A stretch of DNA of 64,000 nucleotides from an uncultured bacterium (GTDB taxonomy: Bacteria; Desulfobacterota_D; UBA1144): NCBI GenBank assembly GCA_913050245.1, contig CAJWZJ010000002.1, positions 27,011 through 91,010 on the forward strand. The letters run 5' to 3'. The translations under genes and the position numbers were made by a program. The notes under the pieces are model-generated. The model was not told the DNA's origin, made no database searches, and saw nothing but the letters and a program-made list of their open reading frames with translations. Below are positions 38,598 to 48,040 of the stretch, piece after piece; positions within the stretch are counted from its first letter, which is position 1; every line of letters begins with the position of its first letter.

Positions 38598-39269
38598 AGA
38601 ATCTTTATCCGGAATTTCAAGCTTACCCATTAAATAGTCAATTCTTGATTCAAGAACTTCTATAACTTTTGTAGCTCTTTTTGCCTCATCCAGTTCCTCT
38701 AATAAATACTGTCTCTCTGACGAGCTTGAAACTATAATTGAAGATAAAGAGTCAGTTAGTTTTGATAAAGATGAGCTAGAATCAACTTTTATTTTGTAAT
38801 TATCATTGTAATCATCTAAGAGTAAGTTCCATTCGCCTACTAAATCAGTAATTCTTTTGAACAAAGGTTCACTATCTTCAGTGGTTTGGGATTTGATAAT
38901 ACCAATTTTAGCTTGTCTGTATGGTTTTGAATAAATAATCTCATTAATTTGGATTCTTGAAATACCATATAAAATAATATTTTTTCTGCCTTCATCTGCT
39001 TCCTCATTACTTATTATTCTTCCAATACAACCAACCTTAGAAATCGAAATATTATCATCCTTCTCATCATCATCCATTAATGTCATGCAAATTAAATTAT
39101 GTGATGAAACCGAATCTTCAATCATTTGTTTATATCTTTCTTCAAAAATATGGAGTGGTATTACAGTATTAGGAAAAAAAACCATATTTCCCAAAGGAAA
39201 TAGTGGGACAACTTCTTCTAAATTAGAGATTATTTTTTCTTCATCAAAATCTACATATAGACTTTTCAT
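38583..39269 (-). CDS. LON substrate-binding (N-terminal) domain protein
   Basis: VPLFPLGNMVFFPNTVIPLHIFEERYKQMI is the classic Lon-N/PUA-like start. There is no AAA or protease domain in the 228-aa protein. Confidence 0.75.
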   Translation of the reverse strand: MKSLYVDFDEEKIISNLEEVVPLFPLGNMVFFPNTVIPLHIFEERYKQMIEDSVSSHNLICMTLMDDDEKDDNISISKVGCIGRIISNEEADEGRKNIILYGISRIQINEIIYSKPYRQAKIGIIKSQTTEDSEPLFKRITDLVGEWNLLLDDYNDNYKIKVDSSSSLSKLTDSLSSIIVSSSSERQYLLEELDEAKRATKVIEVLESRIDYLMGKLEIPDKDSSSIN

Positions 39270-39312
39270 ATTTTTATTATACCAAGATTGTAAAAATTAA
39301 TTATAATTTCTT

Positions 39313-40428
39313 ATGGACTCAGATTTATCAGATTCGTTTAACATGAATAAACTTTTGCTAGGCCCCGGACCTAGCAATGTCCCTAAAAGAGTTCTCACTG
39401 CATTATCTAATAATTGTATTAGCCATTTAGATCCCGATTTCTTTTCAATATTAGATGAAATTTCAGAAAATCTTAAATCTTTATTTAAAACCGAAAATGA
39501 AACTACTTTTGCAATTTCTGGAACAGGAAGTGCAGGTATGGAGGCAGCTTTTGCAAATCTTATTGATGAAGGTGATAAAGTTTTAGTTTTCAGCTGTGGT
39601 CTTTTTGGTGAGAGAATGGCTGAAGTAGCAGAAAGATATGGAGCAAATGTTGTAATTAAAAGTAAAGAATGGGGAGAGGTTTTTGAATACAACGAAATTA
39701 TAAACTCTATAAAAGAATATGATGATTTGAAGATTGTATCAATTGTCCATGCAGAAACTTCAACAGGCGCCCATCAACCAATATCTGATATAGGAAATTT
39801 TTTAAAAAATAGAGATATAATTTTTTTGGTTGATTCTGTTACTTCTTTCACTGGCACGGAATTAAACATTGATGATTGGGGCATTGACGTTTGCTATTCT
39901 GGAACACAAAAATGTTTAAATGTTCCACCAGGACTTTCACCAATCACTTTCAGTGAAAAGGCATTAAGAAAAATACGAAACAGGAAACAAAAGGTAAAAT
40001 CATGGTATTTAGATTTAAATTTATTAAAAAATTATTTAGGTGAAAAAAGAGTTTATCATCATACTGCACCAGTAAATATGTTATATGGTTTAAATGAGGG
40101 ACTTAAAATTTGCCTTGAAGAAGGCCTGGAGAAAAGAATACTTAGACATAAAGATACTTCAGAATATTTCAATAGAATGTTGCATGAAACTGGATTAAAA
40201 CTTTTTGTAAAAGATAATGTTTTCTCATTACCTATGCTAAAATCTATACAATTAGATAAAAAAATATCAGATGGAATTAGAATTGATATATTGAAAAAAC
40301 ATAAAATAGAGATAGGAGGAGGTCTGGGTCATACTAAAGGTTTGATTTGGAGAGTTGGATTTATGGGCTGCAACTCAAACAAAGAGAGTGTAGATGTATT
40401 TTTTGAAACTCTAAAAAATTATGTGTGA
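39313..40428 (+). CDS. Class V aminotransferase (serine-pyruvate / alanine-glyoxylate type)
   Basis: LLLGPGPSNVP N-terminus and the PLP-lysine context YSGTQKCL. An alternative ATG lies at 39343. Confidence 0.8.
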   Translation: MDSDLSDSFNMNKLLLGPGPSNVPKRVLTALSNNCISHLDPDFFSILDEISENLKSLFKTENETTFAISGTGSAGMEAAFANLIDEGDKVLVFSCGLFGERMAEVAERYGANVVIKSKEWGEVFEYNEIINSIKEYDDLKIVSIVHAETSTGAHQPISDIGNFLKNRDIIFLVDSVTSFTGTELNIDDWGIDVCYSGTQKCLNVPPGLSPITFSEKALRKIRNRKQKVKSWYLDLNLLKNYLGEKRVYHHTAPVNMLYGLNEGLKICLEEGLEKRILRHKDTSEYFNRMLHETGLKLFVKDNVFSLPMLKSIQLDKKISDGIRIDILKKHKIEIGGGLGHTKGLIWRVGFMGCNSNKESVDVFFETLKNYV

Positions 40429-40446
40429 CATATTTAGGAAATTAAT

Positions 40447-41418
40447 TTGAACGAGAATTATATATATAAATTAGTAAAGCAAAAATTTCATAAAAAAAAT
40501 AAGGCGTTTATTAATGGAATAGGTGATGATGCAGCAATATGGAAATTCGGTAAAAAACAAATTGCTATTTCTTGTGATTCACATATAGATGGAATACATT
40601 TCTCAGAAAAATTCATGAAACCTGAAGAAATTTCTTATAGAGCAGTATCTGTAGCGCTAAGCGATTTAGCTGCAATGGGAGCAAGTCCCTTATTTTATAC
40701 TAATTCTCTAAATCTTAAGAAAGGCTTTTCGTCAAAAAAAATAAAAAAAATTTTTGATGGTTTTCATCAAGCCTCAAAAGATTACAAAATAGAATTGGTA
40801 GGCGGAAATATAGTAACTTCAAAATTTTTCTCATTAGATATTACAGTTGTAGGTGAAGTTAAAAGTAACTATATTCCTAGAGGTTCAACTAGTGGTGAGA
40901 CTGTTTATGTTTCAGGAAACATTGGAAGCGCTAATGCTGGACTAAGATTATTAAAAAGAAAAGAAATAATTAAAGATGAAAATTACAAAGAACTATTAAA
41001 TTCATATAAAAGACCCAAGCCAAAGATAGGGATTTCTAAAATCTTATCCTCCACAGGTCTCATATCATCAATGATTGATATAACTGATGGGTTATATTTA
41101 GATTTAAAACGCTTAATTAAATTCAAAAATAATAAGCTAGGTGCCACAATTGATTGGAATAAAATTCCAAAATTACATTCATTAAATTTATTTTTTACTC
41201 CAAGAATGATTCCAAAGATTGTTTTAGAGGGTGGAGATGATTTTGAACTTCTTTTCACAATCAAAAAAGGTTTCGATGATAAATTTCAAAGAATTTCAAA
41301 ACTTAAAAAGATAAATGTTTTTCCAATTGGAAAAATAAATAACTCTGGTGTTATTTATATTGATATAGATGGAAATAAGAAGAAGATTAAGGAAGGAGGA
41401 TATATCCATAAATTATAA
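40447..41418 (+). CDS. thiL: Thiamine-monophosphate kinase
   Basis: GIGDDAAIW and LSDLAAMGA AIR-synthase-like motifs. The start is TTG, preceded by AGGAAA. Confidence 0.8.
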   Translation: MNENYIYKLVKQKFHKKNKAFINGIGDDAAIWKFGKKQIAISCDSHIDGIHFSEKFMKPEEISYRAVSVALSDLAAMGASPLFYTNSLNLKKGFSSKKIKKIFDGFHQASKDYKIELVGGNIVTSKFFSLDITVVGEVKSNYIPRGSTSGETVYVSGNIGSANAGLRLLKRKEIIKDENYKELLNSYKRPKPKIGISKILSSTGLISSMIDITDGLYLDLKRLIKFKNNKLGATIDWNKIPKLHSLNLFFTPRMIPKIVLEGGDDFELLFTIKKGFDDKFQRISKLKKINVFPIGKINNSGVIYIDIDGNKKKIKEGGYIHKL

Positions 41419-42731
41419 TGTATGAAAATCTAACTTTTATATCATTAATATTTGGGCTAATTCTGCTTTCGGGTTTTTTTTCAATAACTGAGAGTTCCAT
41501 TTTTTCACTTCAAAGATACCAGATTGATCTAATAAAGAAGAAATCTAAAGTTGGGAAATTACTAGAATCTTTTATAAAAACTCCTTCATCTATAATAGCT
41601 ACTATTTTGTTAGCAGATGAAATTTTAAATGTGACAATCACTAGTTTAATTTCCACTAAGCTTGATTCAACTTTAAAAGGAAGCGTTTCAGAAGAACTTA
41701 TCTCAGTAATTGCGGTATTAGTGACTTCTATTGTTATTCTAATTTTTTGTGAAATAATTCCAAAAACTATAGGTGTAAAATTTTCGAGAACTTTATCAGT
41801 ATATGTAGCAAGGCCTGTAGAATTTCTAAACCGAATCATGTTTCCACTAACACTTTTCTTCGATTTTATATCAAGAAAATTAGTTGATCTATTTAAAATT
41901 AAAAATGATGATGGACTTCTGTCATCATCAAGAACAAATATTACAAGTCTTATTGATATTGGTGAAGATGAAGGTTCAGTCAAAACTAGTGAAACTCAAT
42001 TAATTGACAATTTTTTAAAGTTAGACAAGATTCCGTTATCTAAAATATTAACACCAGAACCTGATCTTTATATGATTGAAAAAGATACTCCAATTGCAAA
42101 AGTAATTGAAGAAAATATGAATTACGGATTTTCACGAATTCCTGTTTATGAGGGAGATTCCGATAATATTATAGGAATAGTTCATTCAAAAGATTTATTA
42201 AATCATACAGGGGAAAATATTACTCAACTACTTAGAGATCCTTTTTTTGTTCCTGTACAGAAAAAAGCTTTAACTCTTTTGAGAGAAATGCAATTAATGA
42301 GACTACATATCGCATTAGTTATTGATGAATACGGTAGGCTAAAAGGAATAGTAACTTTAGATGATATATTAGAAGAAATTTTTGGCGAAATAGAAGATGA
42401 AAAAGAAATTAGTGAAGAAAATATTTCATTTCAAAATAATCAAATTTATTTACTTGGCGGTACCAAAATAAAGGAGTTTAATCAAACATGTCTTTTTGCA
42501 GCTTTGAGAGAATCAGGTTTAGAGAGTTTATCAAATAATATTATCGAATCTCAAATTCCTGAGGATGAAGGAATTGAAACTGTAGGGGGCTACATTTTTA
42601 CGAGACTTGGGAGATTACCCAAGGAAGGAGAATCCATAGATTGTGGAAAGATAGAATTAATAGTAGATAAAATATCTAATAATAGAATTACAAAAATATT
42701 GTTACGAAGAAAGGGTGAATATAATGATTAA
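41418..42731 (+). CDS. CNNM/CorC-family transporter (DUF21 + CBS pair + CorC_HlyC)
   Basis: N-terminal 4-TM DUF21, a CBS pair (RIPVYEGDSDNIIGIVH...), and VIDEYGRLKGIVTLDDILEEIFGEIEDE followed by the C-terminal transporter-associated domain. Confidence 0.8.
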   Translation: MYENLTFISLIFGLILLSGFFSITESSIFSLQRYQIDLIKKKSKVGKLLESFIKTPSSIIATILLADEILNVTITSLISTKLDSTLKGSVSEELISVIAVLVTSIVILIFCEIIPKTIGVKFSRTLSVYVARPVEFLNRIMFPLTLFFDFISRKLVDLFKIKNDDGLLSSSRTNITSLIDIGEDEGSVKTSETQLIDNFLKLDKIPLSKILTPEPDLYMIEKDTPIAKVIEENMNYGFSRIPVYEGDSDNIIGIVHSKDLLNHTGENITQLLRDPFFVPVQKKALTLLREMQLMRLHIALVIDEYGRLKGIVTLDDILEEIFGEIEDEKEISEENISFQNNQIYLLGGTKIKEFNQTCLFAALRESGLESLSNNIIESQIPEDEGIETVGGYIFTRLGRLPKEGESIDCGKIELIVDKISNNRITKILLRRKGEYND

Positions 42732-43698
42732 TTTTATAACTCTGCCTTTGATAACATTATTTTTACTTACTCTTCAAGCAATATTTGCAGGATCAGAAAT
42801 AGCATTATTATCTTGTGATAAGTCTAAAATACGCTCTAAGGCTGATTCAGGTAGTTCTGCAGCTAAGCTAGTAATGAAGTCAATAAATAGAATAGAGGAG
42901 TATGTTTCTACTAGCTTGGTTGGTGAAAACTTATGTATTGTTATTAATACTGTTATAGTCTCAATCTTTATAAAAAGAAATTATCCTGACTATGATCCAC
43001 ATTTGATATCAGTAATAGTTCTTACACCGTTGATTGTTATTTTTGGACAAGTAGTACCTAAATCTATATTTCAAAAACAAAGTACATACCTTGTTCTAAA
43101 AACAATATATTTTTCTATTTTTTTTCGGTTAATTTTCAAGCCTTTACTCTTTATAGTTAGAATAATTACTGATGCAATTGTTAAGTTAATAGGTACTAAG
43201 AGTAAGTTAGTAACAAGAGAAGAGCTTATCCATGCACTTGAAGTGGAATCTTCCGTTGAAAATTCATCTGAAAGTTTTAGGGACAAAATTCTAAATAAGA
43301 TATTTTTATTTCATAATATTAGAGTGAGAGATATTATGATTCCTCTAAGTAGAGTTGAATCAATATCATATGGCTCTTCTGTAGGACAAGCTAAGAAAAT
43401 TATCAAAAAATCTGGCTTCTCCAGGTTGCCAGTATATAAAAACAAATTTAATAACATTATTGGATTTATACATTCATCTTATTTATTAGGAAAGCCTGAT
43501 GATTACATAATAAATGAATTAATAGATAGTGGTTTTTATACAAATGAAAATAATCTAGTTTCTAACTTATTAAACGAAATCAGGAAATCTAAATCAAACT
43601 TAGTCATTGTGGGAGAAAAATCATCAGCATCCGGAATCGTAACTCTTGAGGACATTCTTGAAGAAGTAATAGGAGAAATTGAGGACGAGCATGATTAG
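42715..43698 (+). CDS. CNNM-like paralog (DUF21 + CBS pair) lacking the CorC_HlyC domain
   Basis: The architecture matches the previous gene up to GIVTLEDILEEVIGEIEDEHD*, where it stops. It overlaps the upstream gene by 17 nt. Confidence 0.75.
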   Translation: MNIMINFITLPLITLFLLTLQAIFAGSEIALLSCDKSKIRSKADSGSSAAKLVMKSINRIEEYVSTSLVGENLCIVINTVIVSIFIKRNYPDYDPHLISVIVLTPLIVIFGQVVPKSIFQKQSTYLVLKTIYFSIFFRLIFKPLLFIVRIITDAIVKLIGTKSKLVTREELIHALEVESSVENSSESFRDKILNKIFLFHNIRVRDIMIPLSRVESISYGSSVGQAKKIIKKSGFSRLPVYKNKFNNIIGFIHSSYLLGKPDDYIINELIDSGFYTNENNLVSNLLNEIRKSKSNLVIVGEKSSASGIVTLEDILEEVIGEIEDEHD

Positions 43699-43739
43699 AG
43701 CAAATTGAATTTTATTGACAATTCGTTTAACATCAAATT

Positions 43740-44327
43740 ATGTCTAGAACTTCAACAATTGCGCGTAAAACAAATGAAGTTGAGGTCACAGTTGATCTTA
43801 ACTTAGATGGAAAAGGTATATATCAAATTGATACTGGCATACCTTTCTTCGATCATATGCTTGAGCAACTCTCAAAGCATGGACTTTTTGATATAAAGAT
43901 ATCAGCAAAGGGAGATACTGAAATTGATTATCATCATACAGTTGAAGATGTTGGCATTGCACTTGGAGAGGCATTTGATAAGGCCTTAGGTGATAAAAAA
44001 TCAATAAATAGGTATGGGTCTTTTTCCGTACCTTTTGATGAAACCCTATCTTCTTCAAATATAGATTTAAGTGGAAGACCTTTTTTTATTTTTAATGCAG
44101 ATATTCCTAATGGAAAAGTTGGAGAATTTGATATAGAGTTGACTAGAGAATTTTTTCAAAGTTTTACCAACAATATAAAAGCTAATATCCATATAGAAAA
44201 TAAATACGGATCAAATAGTCATCATATAATAGAATCAATATTTAAATCTGTTGCTAGATCTTTAGATATTGCAACACAGATTGACTCACGTACTGATTCT
44301 ATACCTTCAACCAAAGGTAATCTATGA
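43740..44327 (+). CDS. hisB: Imidazoleglycerol-phosphate dehydratase
   Basis: GIPFFDHMLEQLSKHG and HHTVEDVGIALG, with the HH...E metal motifs. Confidence 0.92.
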   Translation: MSRTSTIARKTNEVEVTVDLNLDGKGIYQIDTGIPFFDHMLEQLSKHGLFDIKISAKGDTEIDYHHTVEDVGIALGEAFDKALGDKKSINRYGSFSVPFDETLSSSNIDLSGRPFFIFNADIPNGKVGEFDIELTREFFQSFTNNIKANIHIENKYGSNSHHIIESIFKSVARSLDIATQIDSRTDSIPSTKGNL

Positions 44328-44932
44328 TTGCAGTTATTGACTATGGATTAGGGAATCTAAAATCAGTACATAAGGCTTTAAAACTACTTGGATTTGAATC
44401 GATCATAACAAATAATCAAAAAGATATTAATAATTCTAAATCTATTATATTTCCTGGTGTTGGATCTTTTGGAGATTGCATGAGAGAACTAGATCAAAGA
44501 AACTTAATTATTCCGATACAGAATTCAATAAAGTCAGGAAAGTTTTTCTTGGGAATTTGCCTTGGGCTTCAAATTTTATTTAATGAAAGTGAAGAGTCTC
44601 CTGGCGTTGAGGGATTAGGATTAATAAAAGGTAAAATATCTAAGATTGGTTTTAGTAATAATCTCAAGATACCACACATGGGTTGGAATAAAATTCATAT
44701 TCAAAAAAGAGATCAAATTTTTGATGGCATTAATGAAAATTCATGGATGTATTTTGTTCATTCATATAAATACGATTTAGATAATAATATTACATTATCT
44801 AAATCCCATTACGGACAAGAATTTTCATCATCTATATGTAATGATAATATTTATGCTACACAGTTTCATCCCGAAAAGAGTAATGTTGATGGACTTAAAG
44901 TTTTGGATAATTTTGCAAAATTAGTTAATTAA
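44324..44932 (+). CDS. hisH: Imidazole glycerol phosphate synthase, glutaminase subunit
   Basis: GVGSFG, GICLGLQ (catalytic Cys) and FHPEKS motifs. It has an ATGA overlap with hisB. Confidence 0.92.
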   Translation: MIAVIDYGLGNLKSVHKALKLLGFESIITNNQKDINNSKSIIFPGVGSFGDCMRELDQRNLIIPIQNSIKSGKFFLGICLGLQILFNESEESPGVEGLGLIKGKISKIGFSNNLKIPHMGWNKIHIQKRDQIFDGINENSWMYFVHSYKYDLDNNITLSKSHYGQEFSSSICNDNIYATQFHPEKSNVDGLKVLDNFAKLVN

Positions 44933-46859
44933 GTTTTTGGTAAATATAAAAGCTCCTAAGAACTCTTTTGACATATCCATGGGTTTCCTTAAAAGGAATA
45001 CTTTCTACATATTCATCAGTATCATAGTCTTTAAATCTTTTATTCCATTTCCTAACATTGTGTGGCCCAGCATTATATGAAGCAATGACTCTAATTAAAT
45101 CTCCGTCAAAGTCTTTGAGAAGTTTTGATAAATAATAAGTTCCCAGCTTAATATTGTTATTAGCTATGAATGGATTTTTGGATTTCATCTTTAACTCTTT
45201 CTCTAATTGCTGTTTAGTTTTATCCATCAATTGCATTAACCCTTTGGCCCCAACTGGAGATAATGCATCTTTATCAAATAAGCTTTCTTCTCTCATTAGA
45301 GAATAGATGAGATTTAAATCCACATTATATTCTCTACTATTTTTCATAACTGCTTTTTCAAATGCTTTTGGATACTTATGATAATCATTAGAATTTACTT
45401 TATATGAGATTTTTACTAGTAAGTTATACTCCTTCTTAAAGAGCAAATAATCTAGCACTGGTTTGATTTCATTTTCATTAATATTTTTTATTAAATGATT
45501 TTGATAATCCTTAATAAAATTATCACCATCTCTAAGGTCTATTATCATTTGTGCTTTATGATTGAAATTTTTATTAATAACACCATCACTCTTTTCATAA
45601 GCTAAATTCTTAAGATCTTTTAATTTTAAGCTTGCCATATAAACATAATATCCACTTTCGTAACTATCATAAATTTTTCTATAAGTATTTTGTGATTCCT
45701 CAATGTTTCCAAGTTTTTCAAGACATCTCGCTTTCCAATACAAACCTTTTGATTTGAAATAAGAACTTTCAGCTTGTTCTAAATATGCAAATAAATTTAG
45801 TGCACTCCTATAATTTTCTAACATATATTCTGACCATGCAAGGCCCCAGTAAGAGTCATAAAGATATTTTTTTGACTTTGTTTTTATTAGCCAATCATAA
45901 ACCTTCTTGGAGTCTAGAAAATTTTTATCAAATATAAATAATTTAGCCGAAAGATAGGCAACTTTATCATTTTTACTATAATTAGGAAATTTTAATAATA
46001 TATTTTTTAATTCATTTGCAGAACTATTATTGTCATCAAACTTTTTTAAATTGTATAAGGCTATTCTATATTTTGCCTCTGCAATAGTTTCTAATTCTTT
46101 ATTAGCACTTTTAGACCTATCTCTGTTACTAATATCATTTAATATTTTTAATCCTAAATTATCGTTGTTGTTAATTATGTACAATTGAGCTCTTAATATT
46201 CTTATTGAATCATTAAAGGGTTTATATTCTTTTCTAAACCTCTTATAGTCTCTAGAAGAAAATAGTTTTTTGAGCCTTTCGATTTTAAATTTTTTAGGGA
46301 TTCCTTTATTAGAGCTTTGAATTTTTCTTTCGACAATTTTTATAAGTTTAAAATTTGGATATTTACTCCACAAATTCAAATATTCTCTAAAAGCTTTTGA
46401 ATTTCTACCAAGCTCATCATGAGATATAGCTCTATAAAAAATTATATAAGGCATATTATATTTATTGTATTTATATTTCTTACTAATTTTCTTTATTTGT
46501 ATATCTAGTTCGCTGTATTTTGATTCATTATACAATTTTGTAGCTAGTATTAATTCTACAGTTTTTAAAAATACTGAATTTTTATATTTATTTTCAAATT
46601 TATCAACAAACTTTCTTACGTTAGAAGAATCTAATTTTGATGATTCTAAATAAAATTTAAAAAAATCAAAAAATTCATCATGATTTTTGTATTCATTATA
46701 AGAAAGTTTAACGTATTTTTTTGCAAGATCTTTTTCTCCCTTCTCATTATGGCATATGGCTTTACTTAGATTTGTTTCATAAGATTTACATTTATCTAAT
46801 GCAAAAGCATTTAAATTAATAATTAGTAAAATAAATAAAAGAATTTTCTTTAAAAACAT
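44925..46859 (-). CDS. slt: Soluble lytic murein transglycosylase (Slt70-like)
   Basis: Signal peptide, a long helical-repeat N-terminal region and a C-terminal SLT domain: MREESLFDKDALSPVGAKGLMQLM...ASYNAGP. Confidence 0.82.
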   Translation of the reverse strand: MFLKKILLFILLIINLNAFALDKCKSYETNLSKAICHNEKGEKDLAKKYVKLSYNEYKNHDEFFDFFKFYLESSKLDSSNVRKFVDKFENKYKNSVFLKTVELILATKLYNESKYSELDIQIKKISKKYKYNKYNMPYIIFYRAISHDELGRNSKAFREYLNLWSKYPNFKLIKIVERKIQSSNKGIPKKFKIERLKKLFSSRDYKRFRKEYKPFNDSIRILRAQLYIINNNDNLGLKILNDISNRDRSKSANKELETIAEAKYRIALYNLKKFDDNNSSANELKNILLKFPNYSKNDKVAYLSAKLFIFDKNFLDSKKVYDWLIKTKSKKYLYDSYWGLAWSEYMLENYRSALNLFAYLEQAESSYFKSKGLYWKARCLEKLGNIEESQNTYRKIYDSYESGYYVYMASLKLKDLKNLAYEKSDGVINKNFNHKAQMIIDLRDGDNFIKDYQNHLIKNINENEIKPVLDYLLFKKEYNLLVKISYKVNSNDYHKYPKAFEKAVMKNSREYNVDLNLIYSLMREESLFDKDALSPVGAKGLMQLMDKTKQQLEKELKMKSKNPFIANNNIKLGTYYLSKLLKDFDGDLIRVIASYNAGPHNVRKWNKRFKDYDTDEYVESIPFKETHGYVKRVLRSFYIYQKLN

Positions 46860-47674
46860 TAATTAAACTTCCTCTTTAAATAATTCCCTATATTCAAAAA
46901 ACATATTGTTGATAAAAATATAATAATACAAGGATACAATATTAAATGAGGATAGCTCCTAAGACCTTGCCATCCTGTATTAGCCATCAATCCCCAGCTA
47001 ATCTCAGGTGATGATATTCCAATTCCAAGAAAACTAAGTGTTGATTCTGCTAAAATTGAACTAGGTATTGTAAATGTAAAAGTTACTATTAATGGACCAA
47101 TAAGATTTGGAAGCAATTCTTTAAACATAATATGAGATTTTGAAAATCCGGAAATCTTTGAATTTAATATAAAAGGCAAATTTTTTAATTCAATAACAGA
47201 AGCTCTTGATATCCTTGCAATTCTCATCCAACTCAATAATGATAAAGCAATAGTTATACCCAACAGGCCCTTGCCAAAAATTAAAACAAAAATTGAAACT
47301 AAAAGTAAATCTGGAATTGAATAAAATATATCCACTATTTTCATCATTACCTCATCTATAAAACCACCGTATATTCCTGATATTAATCCAAATATTGCCC
47401 CAAGAATTAATGAAATTACCGAGCAAAACAAAGCAATACTCAGAGATATTTTTGATCCGTATATTATCCTACTTAATACATCTCTACCTAATTGATCTGT
47501 TCCAAAGTAATTTAATTCATTAGGACCTAGCAAAATTCTATCAAAATTCGTTTTTTGGGGAGAATACGGTGCAATGAATTCAGGAAATATTGCACAAATT
47601 AGCATAAATAAAAAAAATATTATAGATAAATAAAAACTTATAGAATTAATTTTTTTTTGGTTTTTTATATTCAA
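46859..47674 (-). CDS. ABC transporter permease (OppC/DppC-like), orphan
   Basis: 271 aa with 6 TM segments and the EAA-like loop LAESTLSFLGIGISSP. There is no partner permease, ATPase or SBP gene adjacent. Confidence 0.78.
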   Translation of the reverse strand: MNIKNQKKINSISFYLSIIFFLFMLICAIFPEFIAPYSPQKTNFDRILLGPNELNYFGTDQLGRDVLSRIIYGSKISLSIALFCSVISLILGAIFGLISGIYGGFIDEVMMKIVDIFYSIPDLLLVSIFVLIFGKGLLGITIALSLLSWMRIARISRASVIELKNLPFILNSKISGFSKSHIMFKELLPNLIGPLIVTFTFTIPSSILAESTLSFLGIGISSPEISWGLMANTGWQGLRSYPHLILYPCIIIFLSTICFLNIGNYLKRKFN

Positions 47675-48014
47675 CTTTAACTACCGTTTTTATTCCACCC
47701 CTAAGATTAAAATCCCCAACAATAATAGCTTTTTTTGGCATGCATGATTTTATAAAGTCATCCATAATTTTATTTGTTACATCCTCATGAAAAGATCCAA
47801 TATCTCTATAAGATTGCAAGTATATTTTTAATGATTTGAGCTCAATACATTTTGCGTTAGGGGTATAAGTTATTCTAATTGTTGCAAAATCTGGTTGGCC
47901 AGTTTTTGGACAAAGTGATGTAAATTCTGGGCAAGTAATTTCAATCTCATAGTCCCTTTTTTTATTTGGATTAGGAAAGGTATCAATTAATGCCATAATT
48001 GTTATTTTAAACAA
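47646..48014 (-). CDS. queF: NADPH-dependent 7-cyano-7-deazaguanine reductase (unimodular type)
   Basis: EFTSLCPKTGQPDFATIRITY motif with the catalytic Cys, in a 122-aa protein. Confidence 0.88.
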   Translation of the reverse strand: MFKITIMALIDTFPNPNKKRDYEIEITCPEFTSLCPKTGQPDFATIRITYTPNAKCIELKSLKIYLQSYRDIGSFHEDVTNKIMDDFIKSCMPKKAIIVGDFNLRGGIKTVVKVEYKKPKKN

Positions 48015-48040
48015 GAAAAATTTATCTACAAACTAATAAT

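Noticed and set aside
39297-39692. 131-aa minus-strand ORF overlapping the aminotransferase start
   Set aside because: It is antisense to a well-supported class V aminotransferase. It has no RBS and a Ser/Pro/Leu-rich nonsense-like sequence.
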